DNA of 63,724 nt, counting the filler, from Choristocarpus tenellus KU-1152 (taxonomy: Eukaryota > Protista > Phaeophyceae): the NCBI GenBank assembly GCA_964200185.2. It is 7 parts of 7 records of this genome, joined end to end, with 100 filler letters (N's around TTAATTAATTAA, not from the genome) between each part and the next. Parts side by side here need not be neighbours in the genome. Positions count along the whole stretch, not along the records: positions 1 to 6,299 come from CAXNAD020008445.1; positions 6,400 to 21,193 come from CAXNAD020001113.1; 5 more parts are not named here. One strand, given 5' to 3'. The position numbers and the translations under genes are program-made. Below, in pieces: positions 1 to 14,200 of this stretch (position 1 is its first letter; every line of letters begins with the position of its first letter). The notes under the pieces were generated by a model. The model had not been told where the DNA came from and did no database searches. It saw nothing but the letters and a program-made list of their open reading frames with translations.

Positions 1-73
1 CACACCAAAAAAGTGAAAATCGAAAAAAGGGGGAAAAACGCACGTTAACACCCCCCCCCAGATACTTTGACCC
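1..73. mobile_element. Terminus of family D element (GGGTCAAAGTATCTG8-10), cut by window start
   Basis: ccccccccagatactttgaccc at about 52-73; the same terminus occurs at 21152-21177 (opposite strand) and 47574-47595. Confidence 0.6.
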
Positions 74-2179
74 ATTAATTCTTACGATTTGCACTATTTT
101 TTTTTCAGCACTGTTGGGTTGTGCGGTGTTTTATGTCCAAGTGTTTACACTTGACATATTTATGATTTAGCTCAACTCTACTACTGTTGTTCACAGTTTA
201 CTAACACATTTGTTCTTGCATCTCATTGTTTATGTGAACGGGGGGGCTATGGGTATGTCTTTTCATATTTTTTGTCTGTGCTATTTTATTTAGAGGTTGA
301 TCACAAGTGTATGTGACTATGTTCGTCATGATCACATGGTAGTAGTACTACTACCTCTGTGCCGTAACTTTGAGCCGCGAAACATCTGGGCTCGGCGAGC
401 GAGAACAGCGCCGAATCGGACGATAACCCCACAGAATGAAATCGGGTTGACAATCTCAACATTCAGAAAAGGTGGGGGTCGAGGATGATCAGGTACAAGC
501 TTGAGGTGCTCCAAGCCGTCAAAGAAGAGGTCTTTTGGGGTGATTTTGAGACAATTACTGGGCATATCGAGGACCAGAACATTGGCATGGGAAACCGCCG
601 TCGACTCCCCCGCGTAGGAACGCAGATTTCCCATCTTTGTCTTGACGAGGTTGACTACAAAATTTGCGCTCAAAATTGCTCAAATTCATTGTGGGAAAAT
701 TTGACCAGAGTATGAATATCCCGAGATCGAGCCTTCTCTCCCCCGAGTGGATTGGTTCCTCTTAGTAACCACCACCACCTTGTCGTCTTGCTTTGTAGGT
801 GAGTCAAGAGCCTTACTATGTATGCTTACATAGATTCTCTCGGTTGTTTACCATTTCATTTGTAAGTCAAAGACTTGCACGATGATCCAATAATACTCAA
901 AACCCAAGTGTGGATCAACTCTCTCACTCCCATACACAACACTTGAAATGGTACCGTTTGTTTTTTTCAAGTCCCAGAGAGGTCAGGTTCAGTTGTGTGG
1001 AGGCAAACCACCAGTGCTCCAGCATCAGTAGTCCTATCTGCATCGTTCCACCTCTTCCTCATCAAAGGTAATTGAAGGTCCCAACTCCTCTCCACCTACC
1101 TTTTCTTGGCCACCTACCAACCCCTCTACCGTCAGTCCCAATGTGTCTATTTAGTAGCTTTCTTGTGGCAGTGCTTGGCACTTCCTCTCTATCTCTGGAG
1201 TCCATCACAGCTAGCTACCAGATCACCATGACAACAACAACAGTCACATATTTGTAGCACTGTTACCGTCACAGAGCAAAATATTAAAACTCTTCACACC
1301 ATAATTCATTTTGAGCCAGACCTACGCAAATCTCAGATATAGATGATGTGCCAACATCCACATCTTGCACCAAGGAAAAGGAAGGGGGGCATCCAATTTT
1401 ACAAACTTGTCTTCTGCGTAGATAGTCACCTTGAACAAAAACAAGAAGCAAACGACTCTTCCTCGCTCTCATCATGCAAAAGAGCTACCAATATTGGGGG
1501 CTCAGCACCCTGCTCAACACAGGACCCTTCTCTTGATCATGCTTCTAAAACAATACTGCATTGCAGTCAGGTCACAGTCAGTCATACGTAGTAAGGATTT
1601 TGCCAAACACTTTGGAGGTCTCAACATCGTCTACCATGTGGTACTTCCTAGCTATGGTGTGTCATGTGCGAGGTACAAGGTGCTTGGTTGTGCAACCTCG
1701 TTGGGATTGTGTTATTGCAACGGCACACGGGGCAGAGGGGACTTGGAATCAGCACAGTCACGATAACAATACCTCTACTACTGCATGCAGTAGAGCAATC
1801 AGCAACATGGAGGAGGGTTGAATCTAAGGAAACACATTGTGGTGCGTGCATTGTTCCTGAGGGGAGAAAAACTCTAAAAGAAATCGTGCACAGATTGTCT
1901 CTGTCTATTGGGGTGGAATGGAGCGCGCAGTTGAAGATATTCTTAACGTACGATTGTGAGAGACCCCCAAACGAAGTTCTTGTAAGACTAGATGGAGTGA
2001 TACAAAAAGGTTATTACTACTCATCGCACATTATTAGTCAGGGATGATCCCGAATCGTGGTTAGAGCAACTTGACACTTGCACTACCTATCATACTACCA
2101 AGTAACTGTTGCACTACGATTGATTGTACTGCATCTGTTCCTGCCTTCCTTCTCTTGTGTTGGATTCAGCATTATCCGT

Positions 2180-2411
2180 GAGTCAAAGTAAAAAGAGGTG
2201 CCGAGGTTTTGGCCATTTTGCATTTTTAATCTGTTTTCCAATCTTTTTTAATTCACCCACATTTCTATGATGTTCAAGGTTTGACTTGAGAGGGTAAATA
2301 TCTGTCTTGTTTGAAAACATTCTGACACACTTCAGAAAATATCCTAAACGCTTTTGTTATTATAGTGGAATTTTGCACATATATTTGTGTATCTCTTGTT
2401 TACTTTGATTA
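2180..2411. mobile_element. MITE family B copy (TIR about GAGYCAAAGTAAACGAGAGGTAC)
   Basis: gagtcaaagtaaaaagaggtgcc ... gtatctcttgtttactttgatt; internal ttttggccattttgcattttt shared with 62027-62284 and 53049-53259. Confidence 0.65.
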
Positions 2412-2730
2412 CAAGTTGGCAGGTGTGGTACTATCATTACCATTGCCCTAATATGTGAGGACGAGGTGAAAAGAGTTTTGTGGTTACAAGACTGAAGTTA
2501 CAGGGTGTGTATGAGGTGTCCCTGTGTGTTGGTGTATTTGAGGAGGAAGATTATACAACAGGCTTAGAAATGCGTAGCTCATATAGAAGTGGCTTCTTCA
2601 CCTCGAAGGGGTCATGAAGCCAAATATTAGCACAAAGTCAGAGATTAACATCGAGGTATGGGGTGCTGGGATGAGGAAGGTTGAAGTTGAGGGAAGACGA
2701 TTTGATTGGGTGAACATGTTGCATTGTCAA

Positions 2731-2990
2731 GAGCAAAAAGTAAACGAGAGGTACTCAGGTTTTGCCAATTCCGCATTTAACGATAGTTTTTCGATATTTC
2801 GCAATTCACTCATATTTCTATGGATCAAGACCTAAGTTTGAGTTGAGAGTATTGGTTTCTCTGCTGCTTGGAACTTTTCAATAAATTAAGAAAACATCCC
2901 ATCTGTAAAAAAAAACGAACTTTGAACGTTTTTGTCAGCATTGATAAAATGTAACTCTACGCATAACAAATTCCTCCTCTGCTGCATAGG
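2731..2990. mobile_element. MITE family B copy, right end uncertain
   Basis: Starts gagcaaaaagtaaacgagaggtactcaggttttgcc, matching the family B left TIR. Confidence 0.5.
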
Positions 2991-4294
2991 ATTCCGGAAA
3001 CGGGCACTTACAGATCATGCCCTCTCTTGTAAATATGCTTCCTATAAAGACTGGGATGAGCTCTGATGGATGTGGACATGCACCAAGCAGAAGTCACATT
3101 AACACTGATTGGTACTCCAGACAAAATATATGCCCGATGTACAGAATATTATTGTGCCATTGTAAACACGCCTGCACTTTACTCAAGGCTTACACGATTA
3201 TATGCACTACTGAACAGCAAAACAGTAGTACATGTTCACCAAGGAAATGTATCCAAGAGTAGCTTACAACAAAGTATCTCAAACAGTACCGTAGTTGCAC
3301 CTGTTTTTGCGTCCAATCTCGTGTCACACATACTACTTTGCAGTGGTGTCCAGAGGAATAGGAAGGGTGGCAAGGTCAACGAGTTGAGAAAGCATGCAGG
3401 CACATATAATGAAACAATGATAACACAATCAAGAATCTGCCACGCCAGGTACAAATCAATTTCAAGGAGTGCTACCTCACAGACACCTGGACTTAACTCT
3501 ACAGTACACTTCCTCATATACGAACGCCCTTTCTACACTCCAGATTACTCCCCCCACGCGTCCTCGAATCAAGTTGCTGTCAGCAGAACTTAATACTAGG
3601 ATATACGTCTTTCTAATAGATGCACACAAAACAGCGCTAAAAACAAAAAGGTGATAGATGACGTACAGCTTCTACAACTGGGGTTGACAAGCGGTCTAAA
3701 TCTGCGACATGTATGCTCTCTACAGTAGAGCTAGTCTATGAAGTGTCTCCTCAACGTCAATGCAAAATATATGAAAAGAACTGATGGTTCAGCTGGTTAC
3801 ACTTTCCAACATCTTGCCACCTCCCTCTCTCTCCATTGGATTAAGCCACACACCCTAATACATAGGATGTCAAACATCCACCCTCATGCAGCAATTAGCT
3901 TCTATACCACAACACCATGGCACATATTGCCATGCCAACACCAACACCAGAGGAGAAAGCGAGACAGAGAGAGTCACATTAAGATTGAGGGGTAGGGCGA
4001 AACAAAACAAGAGAAAATTTCCATACCAATACAAAATACTACGTTTCACATCAACCGAGTACAGGATGGATTCGACTTGCAACTTCCCCAAACTCTCTAC
4101 CCCTTAACCTCGACATACCACTGAGATTTGTGGTTTGCACAAAAAGCTTCAGAAGCCTCAACAACATCTTCTTCTACCAAACATCAACTTCTTCTATTCA
4201 CCTCAAAAGGTGCACAGCAACTACACCCCTCAATACGTGCCATCCCATGGATAGGTTCCCTCCCACTTGAACATAGCAACATAATCCCAAACCA

Positions 4295-6186
4295 CTACCC
4301 AAACATGTCCTCCTCCCCATCTTCCCCATTTTCCCCCAACACCTCCCCTGCTGCAGCTGCAGCTTCCTCTTCCGCCAACCTCTTCTCCAGCTCATCAAAG
4401 CTGAATTCGTTGAAGCCCCTCTCATCCTGACAAGAAGGATTGAGAGGTTGAGGCGGGGTGTGTTTGGTGAGGTAGGGAAACTAATGACAAAAAAATCTCT
4501 ATGTGATTAAGTGTGGCTATGATTTCGGTATTCTTCATGAAGATGGCTGAGGTTGCGAGCAAGACAAACCACCAAGGCTAACATAAAAGTCATCAGCACC
4601 CCTTTCCGAATTTTTTCCAACCAGTGGAGGAGTTGGCACAATATGCTTGCTGCACAGACAGATGGTACTATTCTTGAGTACTGCACTGAAAAAAAAAAAT
4701 GGTACACACCTTCAAGTTCTTGGCAAAATTCTTGTACTGCTCAATATCTTCTGGCTTTACAGACTTACGAGCACGGCTCAGGGCCTCCTGCCAGCCCCCG
4801 CAGGTTTCGATTTTGGGTTTCGATTTTGTGTGCACAGCAATGACAGGGTAAGACACAACAGTGAGTACAGGTTCAGTGGGAGGTGGTCGCAAACTCATGT
4901 GTGTACAACTAGAATTGCTAGCCACCTTAGTGTCACAATTCCTATGCCATTCTTTGCACTACTTCAAACACATGACAGGTAATGTTGGTTGCACTTAGCT
5001 TACGGACTAAGTAGAACATAAGTCCCTCTCTCGGCAGGCAATGCAATGTAGCTTAGAGTCGCACAAGTGGAGAAGCAACAAGTAACTGTTGGGGTAATAC
5101 CATCATCACCGTGAGTACTTGGGAGTACGAGGGAGAGTCTACTATACAGTTTAGAATCTACTATGCAGTTTAGAACACAACACTATCACTACCAAGTCCA
5201 AGGATCTTAGAGCTCAATTCAATAATGTTAAAAGAACTTGTAGGTTCCCAATCTCTTGATAATGAAATATGTAGATTAGTTCCTTCTCGGTTATGTTGTA
5301 GTAGGTGGAAAGTTGAAGTTGAAGTTGGAGTGAGAAACACCATCGAAGCGCGGAGGGTGGTAGACCTTTTACTCATCCTGGATCACTAATAACTCATCAC
5401 TCAATCTGTGTTACTTACCACAGCATTCCTTTTCTAGGATTTTTCTTACGGCAGTGTAATAACCCGCATAATGTTCTCTTGGTCACTCCTCAGAGAGATT
5501 ACTATCAATTATCCCATGATCCAATCTGATTGTTTCCTAAGTAAGTTTTTTTTTTTTCCCACAAGAATTTCAAGGATAATCTTGCCAAAAAAAAGCAAAA
5601 AAAAAATGTTTTCAAACACCAAAAAAACAGACCAGCACGGATGGGAAGCAGGAAACGGCAACAACAAGTACCAACAAAGCACAAAGCAGGCCTTCGTCCA
5701 CAAGCCAAATGCCAACAAGATCGACGTAGGCGACATAAAGACCAAGACACACACCACAGGGGAAACGACCAAGACACACACCACACTCCACAGCCCAAGA
5801 CCAGGCCAATGAACATGGAACACAACAATGGGGAGAGGGTGTGCAATGGGTTGGTTGATGGGTGCATTGTGTGAGAACACGAGCAAGCATATACCGTGTG
5901 TGTGTGTGTGTGTGTGTGTAGCACCCCCCCTATTCTCGGAGGATGTATAGCTTCGGCATACAGGAAGGACAGGAAGAGGGGAAAATAAACAAATCAGGAG
6001 CACTCTCTGCTGCACTAACCTCAAAGTGAGCCTTGGTTATTGCAGGGACAGGATCATCAACTGGGACTCCTTCTTCTGCTTCTCCAACCTCCTCTTGCTC
6101 TTCTGCATCCAGCTCCCTGGCGGCCTTGTCAATGTCGTAACGGACACTGTCCCGGATAGCGTTCATCGCTGCGCGCTGGCAGATCT
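4295..6186 (-). CDS. CDC48: CDC48/p97/VCP-family AAA+ ATPase, last three exons only (5' part lost at contig end)
   Basis: GT-AG exons 6186-6020 (EICQRAAMNAIRDSV...DDPVPAITKAHFE), 4787-4710 (EALSRARKSVKPEDIEQYKNFAKNLK) and 4426-4295 (DERGFNEFSF...GEEDMFG*) splice in frame. ICQRA and DPVP.ITKAHFEEA..AR.SV are hallmark CDC48 D2 C-terminal motifs. Confidence 0.9.
5896..5919. repeat. (GT)n microsatellite in CDC48 intron
   Basis: About 12 GT units read directly. Confidence 0.9.
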
Positions 6187-6299
6187 CTACATTAATAAAA
6201 AAAAAAATGACGTAAGGGGGGATGTGAGTTCATGCGCATTAGTTAACTAACATAGTCACCGTGGGGTTGTGAGGCCAAGGCTGGGTGGGAGGGAGGGAG

Positions 6300-6399
6300 N
6301 NNNNNNNNNNNNNNNNNNNNNNNNNNNNNNNNNNNNNNNNNNNTTAATTAATTAANNNNNNNNNNNNNNNNNNNNNNNNNNNNNNNNNNNNNNNNNNNN
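6300..6399. other. Artificial contig linker
   Basis: 44 N + TTAATTAATTAA (stop codons in all six frames) + 44 N. Confidence 0.97.
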
Positions 6400-7360
6400 A
6401 TTTCCTGAAACATAAGAAGAAAATGTTCGCGCTATTCGCGTGTAACAAACGCTCGCACTTCATTGAAATACAAGAAGAAACGCTCATGCTATTCGCCTCT
6501 AATACCAGTGGCTTGGGGGACCTTAACTGCTGCTTTGGCGTGGCGTACATTACTTTTCACAGCTTCCTTGTAATGCCTCTTTGCCATTTACCTCGTTGTG
6601 CTGTCAGGCACACATTCATATCACTCGTCCTGTTTGTCAGTGGCCCTGGTGCTCCAACCCTCGGCCTCAATCCTAAATTCCCCAACTCTTTCTTAAAGTA
6701 CTACCGTGTAAAAATATACTCACTATAGTTGAATGCGATTGCAGTATTAAATACTTCAAACTAAATAGTAGCACTGGTACTGTCGCCCCACTACTATTAT
6801 TAGCACCATTACTGTCTGTTTGTTGTGTGTAGAGTCCCAGTGCAGGCCCTGATAGTGATAGTAATAGGGTTATGGAACCCTCACACACACAATAATAATA
6901 TTAATATACTATCATACACTAGTTATATCATAGTATCATAATAATATTACGAATCCTGTTATTCTGTGGCGGTGTAGTTCACTCAGGGAAGGGTGGTGAA
7001 TAGAATCACCGGGCAAGACGGACCAGATGCCGATCTTTAAGGGAGCAATGTTGTATAGTTAGTATTCAAATACATCGGCCAAGACAAACCGCAACCGAGA
7101 GGATGAGGTTAAGTTTGGACCGGTACAAAACTGCAACTACTTGCACAAAACTGTAGAGACTGACTGACTGAGGATCTTGTGAGAGGGTGTAATCAGGCAT
7201 GCCAAGACGCGAGGACAAAGTGAATCTTTGATGTTTGACAACTCTGAATGAAGAGCAGTCCCTTATCTGCAGAATTGGTCTCTTGAAGAGGTTCCACGGA
7301 TTCATTATCATGGAAAATCCTCCACTGGAATCGGAGATTCCTGACAAGGAACCTCAATCG

Positions 7361-7425
7361 GTATAACGGTATATGGCGTACGGCAATAACGGTATAATAA
7401 CAGAAAACCTGCCTGCTTTCCACAT
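7361..7425. repeat. Interspersed repeat (family F), second copy at 59755-59811
   Basis: gtataacggtatatg..cgtacggcaataacggtataataaca...tgctttccaca shared between two contigs. Confidence 0.75.
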
Positions 7426-10400
7426 TTGGGCTTTAAATAATACCTGTATGAGCTTTCAAGGTGATGGACACTGAAGGAAAGATATCACACCCCTCATCAG
7501 TTACACCAGACAGTGGAAGTACTAGTAATGGTTGTGCCGCTAAGATTGGTGACAGCTACTGCTACTATGAACACGGACAGAACAATAAATTTGGGGATGA
7601 AGACAAAACAAACCCCTTCTGAATATCTGTTATATGTATGCCGCCTAGATTGGCATCACTATGTGAACCTCTCTGGTAAGGAAGTGTGGGTGGAGTACTA
7701 AATAATGATTGCAGCCTCCTCGAGCAACGTTTCAACCAGATCATGCAGCCAAGGATATTATGATAGAACGTTTCATGCAAGTACCCAGGAGAAAATGATA
7801 ATCGACTGGCTGCAGAGTGCAAAAAACTGATCGGCAAATAAATGACAGCAAAAGACACAACTCCTCCTGCCCTGCTGTAGTCTCGGGGTTGACAAAGGAC
7901 GAAGGATTAATGCTCCACTATGAAGAATGTGTGTTTTTGCTGTTTGTATGCATGTGGTGACTTACTACTACAACCAACGACTTCTTTAAATATAATGGGT
8001 TCGGTTGTACACAAAGTGAGACAGTGAGATGGCTGTTGTCTGCACCAATTTACTACATAGTACTACCAAGTCGACCCTCAAGCACCCATATGTATATGCT
8101 GCTCTTGAACACTTTGAAGTATGCTGTTATGCGAGGATCTATGATAGGCAATGTACCTGTAAGCTACTGTTCTCCTCAGTACCTTGAAAATGTCTTACGA
8201 CAAGCCTGGAGAATCAGCACGACATATGTCAGAGGAGTACTCAGCAGAGGTCCAAGCGCTGGGCTCAAACACGCTCCTCAACTTGCTTGGCAGGTCCAGC
8301 TCAGTGAAACAAATATCTCTCTTGGACTCGTTCGCACTTTGGGTGTGAAATCAATGCCTTGACGTGGACGTAGGATATGCAGCAGTCAATGGAGATGTAA
8401 AAACGTACGTACAAACAAAAATTGGAGTAGTTATTTAACTATTCTTGGCAGGCTGGACTCGAATCACTTGTGGTTTGAGGAGCATTAATTTATTTGTTGG
8501 TTGAAGGACAGGAATGCCAACTACTGGTGGAATGATGTACACAATACTATGTGCCGGTGAGTCTTGTCAGGAGGTGTTAGTTACTCACACTCCCGACGCC
8601 ACCATGAACCCATTTTTGGAGTTCAAAGTTTGAAGCTGGAACATTTATTGACATCAATAGAACTTCCCAGGAAGGATAAGAACACTCCCTCTGCAAGGTT
8701 TGCAAAAATATACTGTAATATAGTGCTTCTTAATGTGCTTTTTTTTTTTAAATTGAAGACAAAGAATGTTTCTTCGGTGCCTGTGATACTTTTCCTAGAT
8801 CACTGTTCATTCAAGTATTTCAGGTTGGTAGGTAGGCCGTGTTCCAAGTAAGCCACTATGAAAGTTTCAGCCTCTTCCATCTATGAAGCATGTCAAAAGC
8901 AATGCCTGATTGAATCGCGCTATGGACATTACTACATATGGTAGTCATAATAGTGCATATTTTTTCATGTTTGAAGCTGAAACCTTGGTGACTAATTGGT
9001 TCCTAAAAATGTGGAGTAGTCTTTTTTTTTCTAGATATATAATATGAAGGATACATAAATTTGGTGGTCACTAGATTCAGAATCTTAGTATCACATACAT
9101 AATACTAGTAGTATATCCAGATATCAGAACAAGTACATAAATAGCAAAGAGCAGTTTCTATGCCGACTTGGTAGGCTGTATGACAAGAAAGCTACTATTA
9201 TTGTTCTCAAAATTATAGGTTGACTTTCCTGACAAAAAATTCGACCGAGCAATGGCTGATTGTAGTCTAGAAAAGACACTACTCAGAGTTCAAGATAGAT
9301 ACATTTATTACTACTCCAGAGAAATTCTGATATGAGGCTCCCCAAAAAGGGAAAAAGAGGATAACATAGCTGTCTGTCATATGATCTGGGGGAGCATTGG
9401 CATATATATCTTGATATCCTTATTTTTGTTGTAATACTACTATCATCAGGGTTACGAAAGGCACAAAAAATAGATCCCCTCTACTTCCACAATCTTATCC
9501 CTTCTATCCTTCTTATTGAATGTACTAAAGTCAGATCATAGCAAACAGGTGGTCTAACCGTCCAATATGATGGAAGCAGTTTGGCAAGCCGAAATTGAAT
9601 CTTGGGGAGCGTTGCTTGCTGCATTAAATCCTTGTTTGTAGTCATGTGGCAACGTTGTATTGTGGAATGCTTGTGTCCTGAACATAACTCACCCCTTGAC
9701 CTGTAAGTCAAGTGAATGACTGGGGTTAAAGATTGGACATTTCATTTGGTAAGTTGAAGGTGTGGTTGATCGACGATTGAGTGACGAGGTAGTATCTACT
9801 TGTACCCCAACTGGTAGAGATAAAAATTGTTGTTGGATGCGAGCTTTCACTGCCAAACAAGGTTCTAAGTAACCAGATAGCCTGCCTTGCATGAGTTGCC
9901 ATCACTCTTTTGTTGGAGGGAGTGTGGACTCTTGGTACATGTTACCAAAATTTCCAAATCATCCTTGGATCTTGATATACACTGTCCTGTTAGAGTCTGC
10001 GTGGGTCACAAAAAACAGGATCGTTCGACCTTCTGAGATCCCTGCAAGACACAGGCCCTTCACTACGATCCTTTATGTTTTGATAAGGTTGGGTACAGTC
10101 ATAGTTTGACCATATACTTCAACACACATACTCCAAAGTATAGTATAGTTGGGTGTTCACCACCCCTCTCAGCAAGGTGTTTCATCTCACATTGCAGAAA
10201 GCATATATCTCACCTCAACAGATCCATGCACAACATTATCCCCACCTCTCCAGGTACTCCACCCCAGAGCACTCCCCTACTTTGTTGCTCTTTTCATCTC
10301 CACCTCATAAATTCCCTAAAAGGTACCCAAAGTGGCACAAACAATGTTAATAGTAGCAATGTGGTATGCATAAGCAAAAATTACTGTCATATTCCATAAG

Positions 10401-11293
10401 ACACACTATTGAAATTTGAAAAATAGTCAGAGAAAATCAATTCGCACATTGAGTTTGTGACATGTACTGGTACTACGAGGATGATGGAGTCCAACATAGT
10501 CCGATTGATTACACCCTTCTTCCGTTCTTGCAAGCACTGGGAGTAGAGTGCACTCAAGTATTTCAAATATATCGTAAAATGCAAGCAACGATTGTCTTGC
10601 AGCGATGACAAATCACCTTTCATGTGCTGTGTGAAAGTTAATCAATTCAGGGGCAGTTACAGGATGGTCCCCTATCATACTATCTATCGCTTTCCATCAT
10701 TCATTTCTTGAGAAGGGGGAATCCACATTGAGGGCAACTCAACAGACATTTGTCATTTCAGACAAGAGTTGTGCAACAACAGTGGAAACTCCTACAGCAG
10801 TTGCACACTCCGCTCCAAACAGATCACACTTCTCAGATTTTTCAAATATGAAGAGTCCCCAGAAAATACATAAGGAAGGATGTTATCTTCAACCATAATC
10901 CAAAGCAAACAAATCATGCAGCAGCCCCTGTCAAACACTACAAACTCGTCAAACACAAGTACCCCATCCCTCCATCCCATCCAGCCTACAATACAAGAAA
11001 GGAGATGAACATACATGTAAAAAAAACCCAATCTCCATCGATTCTAACCAAACATCAAGTTCAATACCAGCAGAAAAGGCTTCAAGCCATTGCCCCTCAA
11101 ACAGAACAAACGATACACAGCACTAAAAACACAATACACCTTAGCCTGCTTGGCGTGAGCATCTCGCACTCTACTCAGCAGTGAGCATATTGTTGCCTGT
11201 CCCATTCCACAAGGTCATCACCATAACAACAACAAGAGGCCAATCCTACAATCCTGTAATACTTCTACATACTCCTCAGAAGTGTAACATATG

Positions 11294-14200
11294 TCACAAA
11301 GAGTCAGACGGGCTAAATTCTTCCAGTTCACTCTCCAAGTCCCAGTCTGTGTGATTGCACTTGAAAACTCGAAGTTCATCAGCTACCTGTGGTATCGCGT
11401 GGTGGGCTGGGTTACATACAGGCAGAACCAAGATACAAGTGGCAGGGTAGGGTAAAGACGGGACCTGAAACCATCATGAATACAGTGAAACAAAGAGCCA
11501 GCGAGCAGTGAGGTCACAAGTTCATCAATAAAAAAGGAAATTCACAAGCAAACAGGCTCTCTTTTGTCATCACCAGATGGTATGCAGATGTTATTCTGGC
11601 TTCTCTATTTACCTACTGACTGGGATGCATCAAACATGCTAAAGAGAGGCCTCTAATCTCCCCATACTAAATAAACCAATAAACATACTTGTGAGTATTC
11701 AGTGTCTCTACTACAACATGATAATAAAATATGCTTTTCACCAAGAACACATGATAATCAGCACAATATATTGCTGGCGCAGAGGCATCAGTAATAAGTT
11801 GCTACACTTTAAAGTACAGGCTAGCCACCAAGAGAGAAGCAGTAGGCCCCCAGAACCTGCTCCCTCTGCCCCTCTGGCCCATGCAACCTCACCTCTTGCC
11901 GTGAGACAGCCTCATACACTGAATTCGCCCCCCCCTGACGCCTCTTTTCTTGTCTGCTCCTCCTGGACCCCATTCCACTAACTCGTCTGGGGAAGTGCAC
12001 AGGCATTTAGGAAAATACTGACAATAGAAGGGCTGCAAACAATACAAGAGATGACTAGGCAAGAGATGAGAGGGCACTCTACAGACCACAGAGATTTGAG
12101 ACAGTCCATACAATTTCCTATACAAGGCAGCACCTCTAATACTACGTAGTCTCTCCAAGTCAAACACGCCTATTCAGCAATAACTCAACTTTACCAACAC
12201 TTGTAACTACAGCGGTAAGGTTTAGACAGAAGACCCACTAATCATACATGTCCTTGCACCAACCTCTTCACACACACTCCTGGCACTAACCAAAATACCA
12301 TCCCAATTCCTGAGTTGTGTAAATACCTTAAGCAAAAGGGCACTAAGCCCAGACTTATCAATAAGGTTGCCTGCTGAAGATCCTCCATCCCCACTGTCAT
12401 CCATCAACATTTTAGTTTGTCACCTTCTCCAGCAATTGGTTACATCTAACCCCTACCCCTAACCCAAACTCGACAAGGCTTTGCACATGGAAACTTCTCC
12501 CACTGCTCTGCAGAACACCTCCCAAATTGCACTCACCGTGATACCCTAACATTGTCTTCTGCCTCCCATAAATCCCCCTCTGTTACCCGTTGTTGGCTGC
12601 GGGTGAGCTTGTATGCCCACGTCCCCACCAAGGCAATCACCAGTCCTAAAATATTCAACATACTCACCTCCTCCTTCAAGACCAGCGCACCCATGGCAAT
12701 CTTCACACCCAGATAAAAGAGAAACGGCAACCAGCAAAGGTCATGTGTTACCCAGGGAGAGGGACTGTCAGACCAAAAAACCTGCAAAACACACTATAAC
12801 CCATGTCATTGACTCGAGCAATTCCTACACTGGAGTTATATTTTTCCTAGATACTGATGGAAGCGGACCACTACAGCCATTAGCTGTGTACAATTTGTAG
12901 GCAATTCCTGATAAAACAAATATTCTCACCCACAGAGTAGTAACATTTTAAAAAGACCCCTATATCCCTTTGTACAATTCCAACAAGAGACGCAAGGAGG
13001 CATGGGCACTCCACAGGTATTGAATCTTCCCCACAAAGCACAATACACACACCTGCACAACCTCTTTCAAGGTCCCAAACACCCCCGTAGTCAGGCTGCT
13101 TGTGATGGCCAATAGCTTTACCTACAGGTAAAGATATCAAGGGGGACCTTGGCCAGTGAGTAGTAGTAAAGCAAGCAAAGATTATACTAACCCTAACCCT
13201 AACCCTGACCCTAAGATGACGTCGAATGTTACTAGCATCAACAATGTGATAATGCTCACCTGCACTGCAAACACAACAATGTGACAACAGAAGAGAAGGC
13301 ATTGCTACTGCTGTGCAGCAAGCTCTAATAATTCTTGGAATCAGTTGGGACCATCGTGGCTATCCAGCGGTTACTGCCATTGCCAAACAACTCTACCTGT
13401 GCCAACAACAGGCTGTGCCTTGATGCTATAAAAGAGCTGCTCACCTCAGCAAAAATCAGAAAGAACGAGATTAACCCCAAAGCAGCAACAATGCCAAGGA
13501 CCTCAACGAGCGCTCCTGCATCATCAAGGTACAACCCCTTTACACCCTCCTCAAATATATCAAATAATGACAGTGGGGAGGCCAGTATAGCACTGGAGGG
13601 TGAGATGTAGTACAGGACAAGGAGCGCATCATTGCATGATGGCTCAATACCCTGAAGCAGCTGTACCAAACCCCACCTAAAAACAACACATTTGGGGGGG
13701 ACAGGACATTCCAGCCCAAGGACAGACAACAATCAGGGTGGTCATGATTTTGTGTACTCTTGGGCTGATTTTCATGCTCAGTATTTGTGGAAGTATCTGC
13801 GCATGTTTGTGTACTGTCAATACACTTCGATTTTAAACTTACCCGTAAAAAATATCTTCTAGAAAGACACCAACATTGCACATAGATGTTAGCGCTTTTT
13901 TGGTGATTCAACAGCAACAAAGAAGCATGCATACACATGACATGAGCACATGACTTACGCCACTACGAACAACAAAGACTGAGAGACACCACTACTGGTA
14001 ACTCACAGTCACCCACACACACACATCCAGAAATATATATATATATATCAACTTCAGAGTTGCTTGAGAAAAAACGCACAATGCACACACCATCATGTAC
14101 CGTCACTCAACACTCCAAGTAATATTTCCACATCAATACTGGATCAAATCACTCTCGTCCCTCTTCTACAGGACCAAGGTCAGCATCACAACACATCATA

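Noticed and set aside
332-1660. Possible Ty1/copia RT and RNase H remnants
   Set aside because: Only vague resemblance; no intact diagnostic motif.
3066-3593. 175-aa ORF
   Set aside because: No recognisable motif or convincing splice context; likely chance.
5505-6024. Hydrophobic ORFs of 139-171 aa
   Set aside because: They lie in the CDC48 intron and arise from low-complexity sequence and a short tandem duplication.
6344-6355. Recurrent TTAATTAATTAA palindrome as a biological site
   Set aside because: Always centred in 44+44 N; a standard six-frame stop spacer.
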